DNA of 64,000 nucleotides from Pseudomonadota bacterium (GTDB lineage Bacteria; Pseudomonadota; Alphaproteobacteria; Sphingomonadales; CAKZYD01): NCBI GenBank assembly GCA_039814715.1, contig JBCCAR010000003.1, positions 99,393 to 163,392 of the forward strand, read 5' to 3'. Shown piece by piece: positions 61,677 to 64,000 of this stretch (position 1 is its first letter; each line of letters starts with the position of its first letter). The notes under the pieces were generated by a model. It saw only the letters and a program-made list of their open reading frames with translations, ran no database searches and was not told where the DNA came from. The position numbers and the translations under genes were made by a program.

Positions 61677-63068
61677 ATGGTCAAAGTTTTTGGACAACCG
61701 GTGCCACGAGCATTGCAAGCTCTCATGCTGATCGAGCTTGTCTTAATGGTCCTCGCCATTGAGCTGGGTGCTGCTGCGCGTCTCGCTGTCGCTGGTCTTC
61801 AGCCGTGGAGCATGCTTCCTAATGTTGGTGCAACAGCGCTGTTTGCGGGCGTTTGCCTCACTTCGATGGTTGCATTTGGTCTCTATGAAAGTACCTGCTG
61901 CCGCGATTTACGCCAGTCGGCGGTGCGATTGTTGGTGGCCTTGCTTGCGGCAATCGCTTTCATGGCCGTTATTTTCTATTTTGTACCGGACCTGCAGATT
62001 TGGCGCTCCATATCTTTGTATGCCATTTCTCTAGCATATGTTCTGCTGCTGTCTGCTCGAGCAATTTTCATTAAGGTGGCGGATTTAGACCGCTTTAAAC
62101 GTCCCATTCTCGTCATTGGAACGGGCGAACGCGCTTTGCAACTTGGGACGCTCGCACAATCAGCCGCTGGACCATCATATAGAATTGCGAAATTCGTGCG
62201 CATGTCCGATCAGGAGCCAGCTGTTGACGATTTCGTTGATAAAAAAGACTGGCCGGACCTGCTTTCCATTGCAGAGACGTTTGGCGCGCAAGAAGTGGTC
62301 CTTGCGATGCGCGAACGCCGCGGCGGCTTACCAATTCAAGATTTGCTGAAATGCCGCATGGCAGGCATGCGCGTGCTTGATCTGCCAACGTTTCTTGAGC
62401 AAGAAACAGGCCGGTTTGACTTGGATGTGATGCAGCCAAGTTGGCTTGTGTTCTCAGATGGCTTTGAAATGTCACGCGGGCTTAATCGCTTTTTAAAGCG
62501 CGCTTTTGATATTCTAGCGAGCTTCATTTTGATCACATTTAGCATCTGGATTTTGGTGCCCACGGCCATCATCATTAAACTGACCAGCCCCGGCCCGATT
62601 TTTTACCGGCAAGAGCGCGTTGGTGAGAATGGCAAGACCTTTAGGCTCTTTAAATTCCGCAGTATGCGTAACGACGCAGAAAAAGATGGGGTGCCCCAAT
62701 GGGCGAAGGAAGCCGATCCGCGCGTAACGGGCATAGGTAAAGTGATCCGTGCGACGCGCATTGATGAAATTCCCCAAATTCTCAATGTCCTGCGCGGTGA
62801 AATGAGCTTTGTAGGACCGCGTCCCGAACGGCCCTTTTTTGTTGATCAGCTTAGTGAAGATATTCCTTATTTCGACGAGCGGCATATTGTAAAACCTGGG
62901 ATCACGGGCTGGGCGCAGATCAATTACCCCTATGGCGCGTCGCTCGATGATTCCCGAAAAAAACTTGAATACGATCTTTACTACGTAAAAAACTTTTCTG
63001 TGCTTTTAGATCTCGCCATCCTTGTTCAGACGGTTAAGGTTGTTGTCTGGCAAAACGGGGTCCGCTAG
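61677..63068 (+). CDS. Exopolysaccharide priming polyprenyl-phosphate sugar phosphotransferase (WbaP/EpsB-like, PEP-CTERM-associated type)
   Basis: 463-aa ORF with N-terminal TMs and a central Rossmann-like region. The C-terminal bacterial sugar transferase domain reads KRAFDILASFILITF...GPIFYRQERVGENGKTFRLFKFRSM...DEIPQILNVLRGEMSFVGPRPE. Confidence 0.9.
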   Translation: MVKVFGQPVPRALQALMLIELVLMVLAIELGAAARLAVAGLQPWSMLPNVGATALFAGVCLTSMVAFGLYESTCCRDLRQSAVRLLVALLAAIAFMAVIFYFVPDLQIWRSISLYAISLAYVLLLSARAIFIKVADLDRFKRPILVIGTGERALQLGTLAQSAAGPSYRIAKFVRMSDQEPAVDDFVDKKDWPDLLSIAETFGAQEVVLAMRERRGGLPIQDLLKCRMAGMRVLDLPTFLEQETGRFDLDVMQPSWLVFSDGFEMSRGLNRFLKRAFDILASFILITFSIWILVPTAIIIKLTSPGPIFYRQERVGENGKTFRLFKFRSMRNDAEKDGVPQWAKEADPRVTGIGKVIRATRIDEIPQILNVLRGEMSFVGPRPERPFFVDQLSEDIPYFDERHIVKPGITGWAQINYPYGASLDDSRKKLEYDLYYVKNFSVLLDLAILVQTVKVVVWQNGVR

Positions 63069-63077
63069 CCGCGCGTC

Positions 63078-64000
63078 ATGTTTGGTTTTCCAATTGCACA
63101 GCTCTCTTATGCAGCCACCGGGCTTAGCTTTGGCTTGCTGGTGCTGTATTTGATCGTGCGTTGGCGCGTTGTATCGCCCAATCCGTTGTTGCTGCTCGCT
63201 TGTATTCTAACGAGCGCCTGGGGCATCTTGATTTCTTGGGAAGCGACCAGCTCTATTTTAGGGAATTTGCTGTCTGCCAGCGAAACCTTGCGAGCCGCAG
63301 CCTGGATATTGTTTCTATCGAGCTTGCTGTTCCAATTTTGGCGCCAGAATAACAGTCTAAGCTATACCTTCGTGCTTTCGATGACGATGGCGCTGGTGTT
63401 TACCCTGCAAATCTTCATCGATGTCGGCGTTTTGCGTATCTTTGATATTCAAATCCAAGGCGCAGCGCTGCAGACACTGCTTGTTCAGGCCTACATCTTC
63501 GGCCGATTGGTCGTGGCAATCGCGGGTCTGGCGTTGATTGAGAACCTGTATCGTTCCACGGAAAAGCTGGAGAAATGGAAGCTTAGGCCACTCGGCCTCG
63601 GTCTTGGCGGCTTCTTTGCCTATGACATTGTGCTTTATGCTGAAGGCTTGCTGTTCACATCGCTAGACCCCGACCTGTTCGCAGCGCGCGGGTTTATCAC
63701 CGCTATGATCGCGCCGCTGATCTACGTCTCGGCCAAGCGCATCAACCGGTGGACTTTTGATGTTATTCTAACGCGCCGCGCCGTGTTTCATAGCTTGTCG
63801 TTGCTGATCACGGGCTGTTATTTGATCTTCATGGCTGGGGCCGGCTGGGCGCTCGCGCGTTTTGGCGGCAATTGGGGCGCAGTGCTGCAAATCGCATTTT
63901 TATGTGCGGCGGCTGGGTTTCTTGCATACTTGTTCGTGTCTGATGGCGCGCGGGCAAAAGCGCGTGTCTCGCTTGCGAAATATTTTCGCCGTTACAAATA
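63078..64000 (+). CDS. Polytopic membrane protein, 3'-truncated by the window end; probably the N-terminal domain of a PrsK-type PEP-CTERM sensor histidine kinase (an exosortase-family protein is the alternative)
   Basis: This ORF is not in the supplied track because it has no stop. I translated it by hand from the ATG at 63078 (MFGFPIAQLSYAATGLSFGLLVLYLIV...) and it stays open to nt 64000 (~307 codons). It has at least 8 hydrophobic helices and ends ...AKARVSLAKYFRRYK. It lies 10 nt after the priming transferase. The functional call comes from locus context and memory of PrsK N-termini. Confidence 0.5.
   Translation, partial: MFGFPIAQLSYAATGLSFGLLVLYLIVRWRVVSPNPLLLLACILTSAWGILISWEATSSILGNLLSASETLRAAAWILFLSSLLFQFWRQNNSLSYTFVLSMTMALVFTLQIFIDVGVLRIFDIQIQGAALQTLLVQAYIFGRLVVAIAGLALIENLYRSTEKLEKWKLRPLGLGLGGFFAYDIVLYAEGLLFTSLDPDLFAARGFITAMIAPLIYVSAKRINRWTFDVILTRRAVFHSLSLLITGCYLIFMAGAGWALARFGGNWGAVLQIAFLCAAAGFLAYLFVSDGARAKARVSLAKYFRRYK

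Overview
This 64-kb window looks like a marine alphaproteobacterium; that assignment is an inference from Caulobacter-type flagellar regulation signals and gene content. No searches or tools were run, so all calls come from reading the ORF translations and the DNA.

The window has four blocks:

1. 1-6.1 kb, minus strand: flagellar genes fliF, a SciP-like DUF1153 regulator, flgE, flgD and fliK. A near-consensus sigma-54 promoter sits upstream of fliK.

2. 6.3-8.6 kb: mnmA and a 2OG-Fe(II) oxygenase.

3. 8.7-45.9 kb: a type I secretion (T1SS) island dominated by one uninterrupted 26,418-nt ORF. It encodes 8,805 aa, is very acidic, and I saw no Cys on reading it. It carries RTX/beta-roll repeats in three distinct periodic regimes. 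It is flanked by a TolC-like outer-membrane protein with a roughly 500-aa N-terminal extension, a small secreted protein, a DUF4166 protein, an HlyD/LssD-like adaptor and an LssB/LapB-like ABC exporter.

   The most interesting element follows the exporter: a MotB-like protein, a MotA/ExbB-like protein with a roughly 320-aa helical tail, and a translationally coupled canonical PilZ protein. I read these three as a candidate c-di-GMP-responsive, stator-like accessory module of the adhesin T1SS. It would be analogous to Salmonella SiiAB but with a different architecture.

4. 45.9-64 kb: a hydrolase-DedA-ATP-grasp operon, a DUF2336-like protein, a secreted protein and a second 4-TM plus coiled-coil membrane protein. 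These are followed by a PEP-CTERM/exosortase-type exopolysaccharide locus. That locus holds three glycosyltransferases, an atypical tRNA-Val-like gene, manC, DUF1289, an EgtD-like methyltransferase, an N-acyl amino acid synthase, a ThiF-nitroreductase fusion, the priming sugar transferase, and a PrsK-like membrane protein that runs off the window end.

Most other long ORFs in the track are antisense shadows of these genes.
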